Positions 1 through 10,345 of a stretch of 64,000 bases of DNA are shown in pieces. The stretch is from an uncultured Caldisericota bacterium (GTDB lineage Bacteria > Caldisericota > Caldisericia > B22-G15). A model generated the notes under the pieces. The model worked only from the letters and a program-made list of their open reading frames with translations, did not search any database and was not told the origin of the DNA. Location of the stretch: contig CAZXJJ010000003.1 in NCBI GenBank assembly GCA_964640995.1, positions 198,829-262,828 on the forward strand, given 5' to 3'. The first letter of the stretch is position 1. Each line of letters starts with the position of its first letter. Made by a program: the position numbers and the translations under genes.

Positions 1-442
1 CTTTTGCCCATTCACAATCATCTTTAAAATTCCAATGAACACAGGAATTTAATCTATAAACTATTAAATCTTCAATTCCTATAATATAAATTTTAAGACC
101 TTCTATTTCAACAATGTTTACCTTATCATTATCTCCAAATAATTTATCATCTGGTATTTCAATAGCAATCTCTAATTCGCTGTTGAACCACAATCTTCCT
201 ATCTTTTCAAAATTCATCTCTTTTAAAATTTTATCAACTTTTTCTCTCTCAAAACAGACAATATCAATATCCTCAGTTGAATAACTTCCAAGTGTATAAA
301 ACTCAACTGCATTACCACCAACAAGAATTGGTTTTATATTATACTTTTCTAATTCTTGAGTTAGAATACCAAGGGAAAGGAGTCTTTTTTTAAAAGGAAT
401 TTTAATCTCTTTAACCTTCTCAATTAATTTTTCTATATCCAT
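1..442 (-). CDS. hypothetical protein; start codon at 440-442, C-terminus runs off the window start
   Basis: Open frame on the minus strand from ATG (revcomp of cat at 440-442), reading MDIEKLIEKVKEIK...; Lys/Glu-rich like neighbouring genes; no recognisable family. Confidence 0.45.
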   Translation of the reverse strand, partial: MDIEKLIEKVKEIKIPFKKRLLSLGILTQELEKYNIKPILVGGNAVEFYTLGSYSTEDIDIVCFEREKVDKILKEMNFEKIGRLWFNSELEIAIEIPDDKLFGDNDKVNIVEIEGLKIYIIGIEDLIVYRLNSCVHWNFKDDCEWAK

Positions 443-538
443 TATAATTATTTTACAAAATATAATATTGTTCTTCAATTAATTTAAATTAAAATATCTT
501 GACTTATTTATAATAATTTGTAAAATTAATATGAAATT

Positions 539-614
539 GGGCCGCTAGCTCAGTCGGTAGAGCACCGGCCTTTTAAGCCGGGTGTCGCAGGTTCGATTCC
601 TGCGCGGCTCACCA
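539..614 (+). tRNA. tRNA-Lys (anticodon UUU)
   Basis: Cloverleaf: acceptor GGGCCGC/GCGGCUC, D-arm AGCUCAGUCGGUAGAGC, anticodon loop CUUUUAA, T-loop GGUUCGAUUCC, encoded CCA. Confidence 0.85.
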
Positions 615-618
615 TGGT

Positions 619-693
619 GGCCTCATCGTCTAACGGTTAGGACACCGCTCTTTCAAGGCGGCAATGGCGGTTCGATTCCGCCTGGGGCCACCA
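619..693 (+). tRNA. tRNA-Glu (anticodon UUC), 4 nt after tRNA-Lys
   Basis: Acceptor GGCCUCA/UGGGGCC, anticodon stem CCGCU/GGCGG with loop CUUUCAA, T-arm GGCGGUUCGAUUCCGCC, encoded CCA. Confidence 0.8.
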
Positions 694-705
694 ATTTTAT
701 TTTTA

Positions 706-1956
706 TTAAATTTTCCAACTTGATAGATACTTTTTCTGTTCTTCTGTTAAATCATCTATTTCAATATTAAGAGTTTTGAGTTTTATTTTTGCAACTTCTC
801 TATCAATCTCCTCAGGCACATCATAAACTTTATTTTGAAGCAATCCTTTGTTTTTAACAATATATTCAAGAGATAATGCTTGATTTGCAAAACTCATATC
901 CATAACAGATGGAGGATGTCCTTCTGCTGCTCCAAGATTCATAAGTCGACCTTCAGAAATAAGATAAACTTTTTTATTATTTATTAATTTAAACTCTTCC
1001 AAATTCTCTCTTATCTCTCTTTTTTCAAGAGTAACCTCATTTAAACCATTTATATCAATTTCAACATTAAAGTGTCCTGAATTTCCTAAAATTGCACCAT
1101 CTTTCATATTTAAAATATGTTCTTTTTTTATAACATTTATATTTCCTGTTGCAGTTATAAAAATATATCCAAAATACACTGCCTTATCAATTTTCATAAC
1201 ATCATATCCTTCCATATACGCTTCAAGTGCTTTAACTGGGTCAATTTCGCAAACAATTACATGTGCACCCATTCCTCTTGCTCTTTCGGCAATTCCTTTT
1301 CCACAAAATCCAAAACCACAAACAACAACTGTCTTACTCGAAAGAAGAATGTTTGTTGCTCGAAGAAGACTATCAATTGTTGACTGTCCTGTACCAAATC
1401 TATTATCAAAAAATCTTTTTGTTTTAGCGTTGTTAACTGCAATAATTGGATAAGAAAGTATTCCTTCTCTCTCCATACTTTTTAATCTAATAACCCCTGT
1501 TGTGGTCTCCTCTGTTCCACCAATTATTTTTTGAGTTAAATATTTATATTTTTCATGTAAAGTTACTGTAAGGTCTCCTCCATCATCAACTGTTAATTGG
1601 GGTTCTTTTGATATAACTCTTTCAATATGATTAAAATATTTTTCTTTATCCTCACCTTTTATTCCAAAAGTTTGGATTCCAAAATCCTTAACTAAAGATG
1701 CTGCAACATCATCTTTTGTTGAAAGTGGATTTGATGCACAAAGAAAAACCTCGGCTCCACCCTCTTTAAGTGTTATTAATAAATTTGCTGTTTCTGGTGT
1801 TATATGAAGAGAGCAACCAATTTTTAAACCTTTAAAAGGTGCTTCTTTTTTGAATCTCTCTTTTATAGTTTCTAGAACTTTCATTTCATTTTGGGCCCAA
1901 AGAATTTTATTTAACCCTTTTTCGCTTAATGATAAATCTAAAATATCATAATCCAT
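706..1956 (-). CDS. ahcY: adenosylhomocysteinase
   Basis: 416 aa; NAD-binding Gly-rich loop and the conserved AhcY GHF-N-EID region visible in the translation; typical length. Confidence 0.85.
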   Translation of the reverse strand: MDYDILDLSLSEKGLNKILWAQNEMKVLETIKERFKKEAPFKGLKIGCSLHITPETANLLITLKEGGAEVFLCASNPLSTKDDVAASLVKDFGIQTFGIKGEDKEKYFNHIERVISKEPQLTVDDGGDLTVTLHEKYKYLTQKIIGGTEETTTGVIRLKSMEREGILSYPIIAVNNAKTKRFFDNRFGTGQSTIDSLLRATNILLSSKTVVVCGFGFCGKGIAERARGMGAHVIVCEIDPVKALEAYMEGYDVMKIDKAVYFGYIFITATGNINVIKKEHILNMKDGAILGNSGHFNVEIDINGLNEVTLEKREIRENLEEFKLINNKKVYLISEGRLMNLGAAEGHPPSVMDMSFANQALSLEYIVKNKGLLQNKVYDVPEEIDREVAKIKLKTLNIEIDDLTEEQKKYLSSWKI

Positions 1957-1967
1957 TTTTCACCTTA

Positions 1968-2780
1968 TTAAAAATTTTTTGCATTATAAGCAAGAGATAA
2001 ACTTGCCATCAAAAAATTATAAACCTCTTTATAAGAATTGCTTTCAAATGAGACTTTTCTTCCATCAACTCTTTTTGAACAGGGTATCAAAGATGCAAAT
2101 TCAGCCATCAAAGTATTTATAAAAGTTATCTCTATTTTTATAGGTTTTTCAAATTTAAGAGGTTTAACACTCTTATAATTTTTAAGTGCTTCTTTTGTCT
2201 CTTCTCTTAAAATTTTATGAACATAATCTGGGTGATATAATTTAGCAGAGAATCTTCCAAGTGATTCTTTTGTGATTATAAATTTTGTTTGAGGAAAAAA
2301 TTTTTGAGAGAAATCTTTTAATTTTTCATCTCCAGAAATCAATACAACTGGTACATCATATTCACCGAGAAAACCACCATTAATTTCTGCTTCGCCAACA
2401 ACTTCATCATTTATTTTAACTTCAAAAATTGTTGAACTTGAATATGTGTGATCCATCTCACTATTTAAAGAACCTACAGGAGAGTGATATCCTACAAAAA
2501 TTCCAGCATCAAAACTTTCATCTATTCCTGAAATCATATAAAACTCTCTTGGATATCCTGAAATTATTTTTATATCATCATAAATTCTTTTTATATCTAA
2601 ATTTCTTCCATAAGAGTGTGAGTCACACAAAACTATCTCTGCATTTTTATCAAAATCTTTTATTCCATCAATAACTGCTAAAACCTCCTCTGTCATAAAT
2701 TTTTCAATCTTTTCATCTTTTTCTTTCCAGTAAGTTAGACCTGAAATTCCTTCCATATCAATGGAAATAAAAATTTTCAC
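1968..2780 (-). CDS. dppA: D-aminopeptidase DppA-like (peptidase M55)
   Basis: 270 aa starting MKIFISIDMEGISG, characteristic of the M55 D-aminopeptidase family. Confidence 0.7.
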   Translation of the reverse strand: MKIFISIDMEGISGLTYWKEKDEKIEKFMTEEVLAVIDGIKDFDKNAEIVLCDSHSYGRNLDIKRIYDDIKIISGYPREFYMISGIDESFDAGIFVGYHSPVGSLNSEMDHTYSSSTIFEVKINDEVVGEAEINGGFLGEYDVPVVLISGDEKLKDFSQKFFPQTKFIITKESLGRFSAKLYHPDYVHKILREETKEALKNYKSVKPLKFEKPIKIEITFINTLMAEFASLIPCSKRVDGRKVSFESNSYKEVYNFLMASLSLAYNAKNF

Positions 2781-2908
2781 TTTTCACCTCCATCAAAAAT
2801 TTCTTAATTATTATATCATTTTAAATTTACTAAATAATTGGTCCTTAAAATGGACAACTTTATTTAAAAATTGTAACTTTAAATAGTCAATATAATAAAA
2901 AATTTGTA

Positions 2909-2937
2909 TTGATTTTACCTCTTATTTATGATATAAA
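2909..2937 (+). promoter_or_regulatory. sigma-70-type promoter for the rpsB operon (-35 TTGATT, 17-nt spacer, -10 TATAAA), followed by a hairpin-containing leader
   Basis: TTGATT at 2909-2914, TATAAA at 2932-2937; leader hairpin CCTCTTG...CAAGAGG at about 2982-3005; strong RBS AAAGGAGG before ATG 3058. Confidence 0.45.
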
Positions 2938-3057
2938 GATTTAGATTTTAAAAAACACACGCTTCTGATTCTCTTCAAGGTGCCTCTTGTATTATCAAGA
3001 GGTGTGAAGAGAAGATGACGAAGCGGAGGAAAAAACCTAAAAGGAGGATAAAAAGAT

Positions 3058-3861
3058 ATGCAAGTAACAATGAAACAACTTCTTGAAGTTGGTGCACACT
3101 TCGGTCACCAAGTCAAAAGATGGAATCCCAAAATGAAAAAATTTATCTTTATGGAAAGAAATGGGATTCACATTTTTGATTTAAGACACACAATTGAAAC
3201 AATTGACAGAGCAACAAAACTTGTTTCTGATTTGATAAGACAAGGAGAGATTATTATTTTTGTTGGAACAAAAAAACAGGCACAGGAAGTTGTAAAAGAA
3301 GAGGCAGAAAGATGCGGAATGTATTATGTAAATGAAAGATGGGTTGGAGGACTCTTAACAAATTTCTATGAAATAAGAAAAAGAATAGATAGATTGGAAG
3401 AAATGATAAGAATGGAAGAAAGGGGTGATACACAAAAATTTTCTTATAAAGAACTAAAAGAGTTCAAAAAAGAAAAAGATAAACTCATGAAACTTTTTGG
3501 AGGGCTCAGAGGAATTCCAAAAATTCCAAAAGTCATATTTGTAGCAGATACAAAAAAGGATGTTAATGCTATAACCGAGGCAAGAAAAGTAAAATCTTAT
3601 GTTATTGCAATAGTTGATACTAATTGCGACCCAGACCTTGCTGATATACCAATTCCATCAAATGATGATGCAATAAGAGCAATAAAATTAATCACATCAG
3701 CAATTGCAGATGCTGTAATTGAAGGAAAAGAAGGAAAAGTTATTGAAATTCCTCGCGAAGAGGAAAAAGTTGAAGAACTCTTCTTAACAAGTGAAGAAGA
3801 GATTGAAGAGTTCATGAAAGAAGGAATAGATAAGAATGAACTTGAAGAAAAGGAGGATTAA
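3058..3861 (+). CDS. rpsB: 30S ribosomal protein S2
   Basis: 267 aa; LLEVGAHFGHQ..RWNPKM signature near the N-terminus; acidic C-terminal tail. Confidence 0.95.
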   Translation: MQVTMKQLLEVGAHFGHQVKRWNPKMKKFIFMERNGIHIFDLRHTIETIDRATKLVSDLIRQGEIIIFVGTKKQAQEVVKEEAERCGMYYVNERWVGGLLTNFYEIRKRIDRLEEMIRMEERGDTQKFSYKELKEFKKEKDKLMKLFGGLRGIPKIPKVIFVADTKKDVNAITEARKVKSYVIAIVDTNCDPDLADIPIPSNDDAIRAIKLITSAIADAVIEGKEGKVIEIPREEEKVEELFLTSEEEIEEFMKEGIDKNELEEKED

Positions 3862-3864
3862 TAT

Positions 3865-4461
3865 ATGGCAAATATGGAGCTTATTAAAGAGTTAAGAGAA
3901 AAAACTGGTGCAAGTATCTCTTATTGTAAAGAAGCACTTGAGGCAACTCAAGGAGATGTTGAGAAAGCGATAGAGTATCTTAGAAAAAAGGGACTTGCAC
4001 AGGCAGAGAAGAAAGCAGGAAGAGAAACAAGACAGGGAATAATTCATTCATATATCCATCTTGGTGGAAGAATTGGCGTAATGATAGAACTAAATTGTGA
4101 AACAGATTTTGTTGCAAGAACAGAAGATTTTAAAAAACTTGCAAATGAACTCTGTCTTCAAATTGCCTTTGATTCGCCAAAATATATTTCAAGAGAAGAT
4201 ATACCACAAGGGATAATTGAAAAGGAAAAAGAAATTATAAGAGAGCAACTTAAAGATATGAATAAACCATCTCAAGTTATTGAAAAAATAGTTGAGGGAA
4301 AACTTGAAGATTTTTATAAAAGAGTTTGTCTTCTAGAACTTCCTTATATAAGAGATGATAAAAGAAAAGTAATTGATATTGTAAAAGATTCAATTGCTAA
4401 ACTTGGAGAAAATATAACAATAAAAAGGTTTGTAAGATTTGAGGTTGGTGAAAAAGAATAG
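3865..4461 (+). CDS. tsf: elongation factor Ts (short ~198-aa form)
   Basis: N-terminal IKELRE.TGA.. .CK.AL motif; directly follows rpsB; short form as in Thermus/Thermotoga-type EF-Ts. Confidence 0.9.
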   Translation: MANMELIKELREKTGASISYCKEALEATQGDVEKAIEYLRKKGLAQAEKKAGRETRQGIIHSYIHLGGRIGVMIELNCETDFVARTEDFKKLANELCLQIAFDSPKYISREDIPQGIIEKEKEIIREQLKDMNKPSQVIEKIVEGKLEDFYKRVCLLELPYIRDDKRKVIDIVKDSIAKLGENITIKRFVRFEVGEKE

Positions 4462-5175
4462 ATGGAATATAAGCGAATACTCTTAAAAATTTCAGGTGAG
4501 GCTTTAAAAGGAAATAAAGAAGAAGAAGAAGAGTATGATATAGATTTTATTAAGGACCTCTGTCTCCAAATTAAAAAAGTCAAGGAGATAGGGGTCCAAG
4601 TTTCAATTGTTATTGGTGGCGGAAATATCTGGAGAGGAACTCTTGGCGAAAATCTTGGAATAGATAGAGCAACATCTGATTATATCGGAATGATTGCAAC
4701 AATAATGAATGCACTTCTTATTCAATCAATTCTTGAAAAGATGGGTCTTGAGACAAGAGTTCAATCTGCTTTAACTTTAACTGAAGTTTGTGAACCATAT
4801 ATAAGAAGAAGAGCAGTAAGACATCTTGAAAAAGGAAGAATTGTAATTTTTGCAGCAGGAACTGGAAACCCTTATTTTACAACAGATACAGCAGCAGCAC
4901 TTAGAGCATCAGAGATTGGGGCAGATGTTATTTTGAAAGGAACAAGTGTTGATGGAGTATACTCTTCAGATCCAAAAATAGACAAAGATGCAAAACTATT
5001 TAAATCTATAACATATACAGAATTTTTAATAAAAAATTTGAGAGCGCTCGACCCAACAGCAATATCTCTTTCAAGAGAAACAAATATTCCAGTTATAGTT
5101 TTTAATATTAAGAAAAAAGATGGTATTATTAAAGCAATATTAGGAGAGGAAGGAACAGTTATAAAGGGAGGATAA
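4462..5175 (+). CDS. pyrH: UMP kinase
   Basis: 237 aa; [10 protein letters not shown] and GGGNIWRG motifs. Confidence 0.9.
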   Translation: MEYKRILLKISGEALKGNKEEEEEYDIDFIKDLCLQIKKVKEIGVQVSIVIGGGNIWRGTLGENLGIDRATSDYIGMIATIMNALLIQSILEKMGLETRVQSALTLTEVCEPYIRRRAVRHLEKGRIVIFAAGTGNPYFTTDTAAALRASEIGADVILKGTSVDGVYSSDPKIDKDAKLFKSITYTEFLIKNLRALDPTAISLSRETNIPVIVFNIKKKDGIIKAILGEEGTVIKGG

Positions 5176-5177
5176 AT

Positions 5178-5729
5178 ATGAAAGAGATAATTCAAGAAAC
5201 TGAAGCATTGATGAAAAAGGTTGAAAAAAATTTGCTTGAAGAGTTTTCAAAGATAAGGTTAGGTAAGGCAAACCCAGTTATCCTTGAAGAGATAAGAGTT
5301 ATGTATTTTGGTCAAAAATTACCTTTAAATCAAGTAGCATCAATTAATGTTATAAATCCTCAAACAATTGTAATTGAACCATGGGATAAAAACATATTAA
5401 GAGACATAGAGAGAGCAATAAATGAGGCAAATTTAGGTCTTAACCCTCAAGTTGAAGGTAATATAATTAAAATTTTCTTCCCACCACTTTCTGAAGAGAG
5501 AAGACAGGAACTTGTTAAATTTGTAAAAAGGTTAACTGAAGAAAGAAGAGTATCAATCAGAAATATAAGAAGAGATGCAATTGAAAAAATCAAAAAGAGT
5601 GAAAAAGAGAAAAAAATCTCAGAAGATGAATCTCACAGATTACAAGATGAAATTCAAAAATTAACCGATAAATATAATGAAATTTTGACAAATCACGAAA
5701 AAGCAAAAGAGAAAGATATTTTAAGCTAA
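5178..5729 (+). CDS. frr: ribosome recycling factor
   Basis: 183 aa; conserved position after pyrH; typical RRF length and coiled C-terminus. Confidence 0.9.
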   Translation: MKEIIQETEALMKKVEKNLLEEFSKIRLGKANPVILEEIRVMYFGQKLPLNQVASINVINPQTIVIEPWDKNILRDIERAINEANLGLNPQVEGNIIKIFFPPLSEERRQELVKFVKRLTEERRVSIRNIRRDAIEKIKKSEKEKKISEDESHRLQDEIQKLTDKYNEILTNHEKAKEKDILS

Positions 5730-5738
5730 GGAAGAGAT

Positions 5739-6434
5739 TTGAAAGAAGAATCTTTAATAATTCCTGAATCTGTTGCCATTATAATGGATGGCAACGGAAG
5801 ATGGGCACAACAAAGGGGGCTTCCAAGAATATATGGTCATAAAGAAGGAATTAATGCTGTTAAAAGGGCAGTCACCTATTCCTATAAAAAGGGAATAAAA
5901 GTTTTATCTCTTTTTGCATTCTCAACTGAAAATTGGAAAAGACCAAAAGATGAGATTAATTTTTTGATGAATCTTTTCAAAGAGGTTATTCAAAAGGAAT
6001 TTGATGAAATTGTTGAAAAAGGGATAAAGGTTAAATTTTTGTCAAGAAAAGATGAACTTCCAGATTTTGTAATAAAAGAGATTGAAAGGATTGAAGAAAA
6101 CTCTGAAAATTATAACAAGATGACACTTCTTGTTGGCTTAAATTATGGTGGGAGATTTGATATAGTTCAAGCAGTTAATAAAATAATTGAGAGTGGAATA
6201 AAAAAAGTGAATGAAGAAGAATTTTCAAAATTTTTATTAACTTATCCATATAAAGACCCTGACCTTTTGATAAGAACATCAGGAGAGTTAAGAATTTCAA
6301 ACTACTATTTATATCAATTATCATACACAGAACTATATTTCACAGAAACTTTTTGGCCTGATTTTGATGAGAATGAGTTTGAAAAAGCAATAATTGAATA
6401 TTCAAGGAGAAAGAGGAGATTTGGGTCAATCTGA
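5739..6434 (+). CDS. uppS: undecaprenyl-diphosphate synthase
   Basis: 231 aa; IIMDGNGRWA and FAFSTENW motifs. Confidence 0.9.
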   Translation: MKEESLIIPESVAIIMDGNGRWAQQRGLPRIYGHKEGINAVKRAVTYSYKKGIKVLSLFAFSTENWKRPKDEINFLMNLFKEVIQKEFDEIVEKGIKVKFLSRKDELPDFVIKEIERIEENSENYNKMTLLVGLNYGGRFDIVQAVNKIIESGIKKVNEEEFSKFLLTYPYKDPDLLIRTSGELRISNYYLYQLSYTELYFTETFWPDFDENEFEKAIIEYSRRKRRFGSI

Positions 6435-7176
6435 ATTAAAAAATAGAATAATTGGAGCAATTTACTTTGGATTATCTTTTATTTTTTTTATATACCTTGG
6501 GGGAATTTACCTTAAAATATTTTTAATTTTTTTAAGTTTTACCCTTTTTTATGAAGTAAGTTTGTTCTCAAATTTAAAAAATAATTTTTTTTATTTTCCA
6601 TTTCTTTTGCTTCCATATTTTTCAAATTTAGAAATATCTATCTTTATTTTTCTTCTTTTCTCATTTATTATTTTTGTTGTTTCAAAAAGTGAAATTGAGG
6701 ATTTTTTAAAAGAAGTTTTATTTCCATTTTCATTTCTAATTCTTTCAACATTCCCATTTTTTTATCTTTTTTTATTAAGAGAAAATAGAGGAATTTTTAA
6801 AACATTCATAATAATAATTTCAATATGGATTTCAGATATTTTTGCATATTTTATAGGAAAGAAATTTGGAAAAAGAAAAATTATTCCTAAAGTTTCTCCT
6901 GGAAAAAGTTTCGAAGGTCTTTTTGGAAGTATTTTATCTCTTTATATATTCTTTATTTGCTTAAATATTTTTTATAAAAATTTTACAACAAAAGAGATGG
7001 TTTTCCTTCCATTGATTATTGTGTTTTTATCTTTTATTGGAGATATTTTTGAATCAACAATAAAAAGGTATTTTAAAGTCAAAGATTCTGGAAAAATAAT
7101 TTTAGGTCATGGGGGACTTTTTGATAGAGTCGATAGTTTTATATTTACAATTCCTATTTTATATTTTATATTATGA
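6394..7176 (+). CDS. cdsA: phosphatidate cytidylyltransferase (CDP-diglyceride synthase); start may be downstream of the annotated ATG
   Basis: Polytopic membrane protein with C-terminal GHGGLFDRVDS motif; the track start overlaps uppS by 41 nt. Confidence 0.8.
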   Translation: MNIQGERGDLGQSELKNRIIGAIYFGLSFIFFIYLGGIYLKIFLIFLSFTLFYEVSLFSNLKNNFFYFPFLLLPYFSNLEISIFIFLLFSFIIFVVSKSEIEDFLKEVLFPFSFLILSTFPFFYLFLLRENRGIFKTFIIIISIWISDIFAYFIGKKFGKRKIIPKVSPGKSFEGLFGSILSLYIFFICLNIFYKNFTTKEMVFLPLIIVFLSFIGDIFESTIKRYFKVKDSGKIILGHGGLFDRVDSFIFTIPILYFIL

Positions 7177-8315
7177 AAAAAATTTTCCTTGTTGGTGCGA
7201 CTGGATCAATTGGCAAAAGCACAATTGATGTAATTAGAAATTTTAAGGATAGATTTAAACTTGAAGGAATATCTGCAAATGAAAATTTAAATACTCTTAT
7301 TGAAATTTATAAAGAGTTTAAGCCAAAATATATTCTAATAAATAATGAAGAGAAAGCAAAAGATTTAAAAGAGATAACAAATTCAAAAAATTCAGGTCTA
7401 TTTAAAGAAATTTTTCCTTATGTATTAAAAGATAGTGAAATAGATATAGTATTTTTTGCATCAAGAGGAATTGATGATATCTTTTGGATTCTTGAAACAA
7501 TAAAAGCAAACAAAGAACTCTTCATAGCAAATAAAGAATCATTTGTTTCTGCTGGCGAATTAATAATGAAAGAGATTAGAAAAAGAAATATGAAATTTAT
7601 ACCAATTGATTCAGAACATAATGCAATTTGGGAACTCACTCTTGGAAGATATGAGGATGAAATTGAAAAGTTAATAATAACTGCATCAGGTGGTCCATTT
7701 TTTGATTTAAGAGAAGAAGAACTAAAAAATGTTAAACCAGATGATGCACTTAAACACCCAACATGGAACATGGGTAAAAAAATAACAATTGATTCTGCAA
7801 CTCTTTTTAATAAAGGAATGGAAGTTGTTGAAGCAAATTTAACTTTTGATATTCCTTTTGAAAAAATTGAAGTTTTAATTCATAGAGAAAGTATAATTCA
7901 TTCAATGGTTGAATTCATAGATGGAGAAGTTTTTGCTCTTCTATATGAACCAGATATGAGATATCCAATACAGAGGGCACTTCTTTTTCCAGAAAGAGAG
8001 AAATCTTCATATAAAAAACTGGATTTTAAAAGAAATCTAACATTTTATGAATTTAAAAAAGAGCGCTTTCCTTGTTTTGAAGTTATAGTTCAAAGTGGAA
8101 TTGAAGGTGGAATAAAACCATTTTCGATCATTTATGCAAATGATATGTTGACAGATCTTTTTTTAGAAGAAAAGATAAGTTTTATTTCAATTGGAAAAAT
8201 CCTTAAAAAAGTTTATGATAAAATTGAAAGAAGAGAATTTTCTATCTTTATTTTAGAAGATTTAAAAAAAGAGCTAAAAGAATTTATTTTGAAAGAGGTG
8301 AAGAATTGTATATAA
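7173..8315 (+). CDS. dxr: 1-deoxy-D-xylulose 5-phosphate reductoisomerase
   Basis: 380 aa; N-terminal VGATGSIGKST NADPH-binding motif. Confidence 0.9.
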   Translation: MKKIFLVGATGSIGKSTIDVIRNFKDRFKLEGISANENLNTLIEIYKEFKPKYILINNEEKAKDLKEITNSKNSGLFKEIFPYVLKDSEIDIVFFASRGIDDIFWILETIKANKELFIANKESFVSAGELIMKEIRKRNMKFIPIDSEHNAIWELTLGRYEDEIEKLIITASGGPFFDLREEELKNVKPDDALKHPTWNMGKKITIDSATLFNKGMEVVEANLTFDIPFEKIEVLIHRESIIHSMVEFIDGEVFALLYEPDMRYPIQRALLFPEREKSSYKKLDFKRNLTFYEFKKERFPCFEVIVQSGIEGGIKPFSIIYANDMLTDLFLEEKISFISIGKILKKVYDKIERREFSIFILEDLKKELKEFILKEVKNCI

Positions 8316-9313
8316 TTTACGCGATAATCGCCTTATCAATTGCAGCAATTGCTCATGAATTTGGTCATTTACTAATGGCTAAAAAAGGTGGAATGCAAGT
8401 CGAAGAGTTTAGTATTGGTTTTGGTCCAAAAATATTATCTTTTACTAAAAATGAAACACTTTATTCTTTAAGAATTATTCCATTTCTTGCATATGTGAAA
8501 GTTAAAGGAATGGATGATAAATTAAATACTCCTGATGGATATTATAAAAAGCCCCTTAAAAGTAGATTTCTAACTATTGTTGGTGGACCTCTTGCAAATA
8601 TTTTACTTGCCCTTATTATCTTCTTTATTCTATTTTCAACTTTTGGTGATTTTAACAATCTTTCAACAACAATATTTTCAGTTCAAGAAAACTCTCCTGC
8701 CTATAATGCAGGACTCAAGAGTGGAGATAAAATTTTATTTATAAATGAGGGGGAGATAAAGACATGGGATGATGTAAGAAATGAAATTCAAAATAGCAAT
8801 GGAAATGAGATAAAAATAGTTGTTAAAAGAGGAGAAGAAACTTTAACTTTTTATGTAAAACCAACAAAAGAAGCAGATAGATGGGTAATTGGAATTGTTA
8901 GTGGTTTTGAGAAATTAAATTTTTATGAGGCAATATATTTTTCATTCAAAGAAGTTTTAAGAGTAATGCTTCTATTTTTATCATCTATAAGATTACTCAT
9001 AACCGGAAAAGCAACAGGTGGTGTTGTCGGACCTGTTGGAATAGTTCAAGTTGCTTCAAACATAGGAAAATCTGCTGGAGTTTTTGGAATAATTTGGTTC
9101 TCTGCAATATTAAATATTTTACTTGCACTAACAAATCTTCTTCCAATTCCTGCTCTTGATGGAGGAAGAATTCCATTTCTTCTTTATGAGTGGATAACTA
9201 AAAAGAAAGTTCCACCAGAAAAAGAAAATTTAGTTCATCTGATTGGTTTCATATTTTTACTTGGACTTCTCTTTCTTGTGACATTTTTTGATATTTTAAG
9301 ATGGATAAAATAA
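8306..9313 (+). CDS. rseP: RIP zinc metalloprotease RseP/site-2 protease
   Basis: 335 aa; HEFGH zinc motif in first TM segment, internal PDZ-like region, multiple TM segments. Confidence 0.8.
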   Translation: MYIIYAIIALSIAAIAHEFGHLLMAKKGGMQVEEFSIGFGPKILSFTKNETLYSLRIIPFLAYVKVKGMDDKLNTPDGYYKKPLKSRFLTIVGGPLANILLALIIFFILFSTFGDFNNLSTTIFSVQENSPAYNAGLKSGDKILFINEGEIKTWDDVRNEIQNSNGNEIKIVVKRGEETLTFYVKPTKEADRWVIGIVSGFEKLNFYEAIYFSFKEVLRVMLLFLSSIRLLITGKATGGVVGPVGIVQVASNIGKSAGVFGIIWFSAILNILLALTNLLPIPALDGGRIPFLLYEWITKKKVPPEKENLVHLIGFIFLLGLLFLVTFFDILRWIK

Positions 9314-10341
9314 AAAGGTCTTTTTATATTGGGGATAAAAAAATAGGGGATGTTAATATTCTTCTTCAAGGAATGATAAAGGGGGATTTGAAAAATTTTG
9401 AAAAGATTAAAAAAGAAATAGATAAAATGATAGACGAAGGTGCTGATTTAATTAGAGTCGCAGTTCCAGATAAAAAAAGTATTGATTTTGTTGAAAAAGT
9501 TGTTAAATATTCGAGAGTTCCTATAATTGCTGATATCCATTTTAATCCTGAGCTTGCGCTTCTTTCAATGGAGATAGGAGTTAAAAAAATAAGATTAAAT
9601 CCATCAAACATAAGAGAGAGGAAAGACATTGAAAAAATTGTTCTTGAAGCAAAGAGAAGGGGAATTCCAATTAGAGTTGGTGGAAATGTTGGTTCTTTAG
9701 TTTATGAAAAAAAGGAAGGAGAAAGGATAAAACTTCTTATTGATGCAATTGAAAGAGAAGTAAAAATTTTAGAAGAACTAAATTTTTTTGACATAGTTGT
9801 TTCTGCAAAGAGTGATGATCCAATTGAGACAATAAAAATTAATGAAATTTTATATGAGAAATTTAATTATCCAATTCACATTGGAGTTACAGCAACTGGA
9901 AGTGATGAAGATGGAATTATAAAATCAACAATTGGAATATCAAATCTTCTTTTAAAAGGAATAGGAGATACAATAAGAGTTTCCCTCTCAAACGAATCTT
10001 ATTATGAAGTTCTTATCGGAAGAAAAATTTTAGAATCCCTCTCTTTAAGAAAAAGAAATAGAATTGAAATTATATCTTGTCCGAAATGTTCAAGATGTAA
10101 TAAAAATTTTGAAAAAGTTTTAAAAGAAGTAAAGAAAAATTTTTCTAATTTAAAAGTTCCACTGAAAATTGCAGTTATGGGTTGTGAAGTTAATGCAATT
10201 GGTGAATCGCAAAATGCAGATATTGGAATTGCAATGACAAGAGGAAAAATTTTATTTTTCAAAAATGGTAAAATGATAACAACTATTGAAGAATCTGAAA
10301 TTATACCTTTTTTGAAAAAAGAGTTATTAAAAAAGGAGTGA
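9301..10341 (+). CDS. ispG: 4-hydroxy-3-methylbut-2-enyl diphosphate synthase (GcpE)
   Basis: 346 aa; TIM-barrel N-half and C-terminal CPxCxRC...GC cluster-binding cysteines (ISCPKCSRC, MGCEVN). Confidence 0.85.
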   Translation: MDKIKRSFYIGDKKIGDVNILLQGMIKGDLKNFEKIKKEIDKMIDEGADLIRVAVPDKKSIDFVEKVVKYSRVPIIADIHFNPELALLSMEIGVKKIRLNPSNIRERKDIEKIVLEAKRRGIPIRVGGNVGSLVYEKKEGERIKLLIDAIEREVKILEELNFFDIVVSAKSDDPIETIKINEILYEKFNYPIHIGVTATGSDEDGIIKSTIGISNLLLKGIGDTIRVSLSNESYYEVLIGRKILESLSLRKRNRIEIISCPKCSRCNKNFEKVLKEVKKNFSNLKVPLKIAVMGCEVNAIGESQNADIGIAMTRGKILFFKNGKMITTIEESEIIPFLKKELLKKE

Positions 10342-10345
10342 GGTT

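Noticed and set aside
1117-1383. Small ORFs embedded in or antisense to larger genes (for example 1117..1383, 2429..2674, 3597..3815, 23898..24203, 25829..26227, 37607..37813, 37925..38374, 38963..39268, 39244..39603, 40549..40920, 41793..42113, 46489..46725)
   Set aside because: They are low-complexity translations of the opposite strand or alternate frame of well-supported genes, have no RBS, and their composition mirrors the host gene, so they are treated as spurious
6394-6434. 41-nt overlap between uppS and the annotated cdsA start
   Set aside because: Probably an over-extended ORF call; the true cdsA start is likely a downstream in-frame codon, but the gene identity is unaffected
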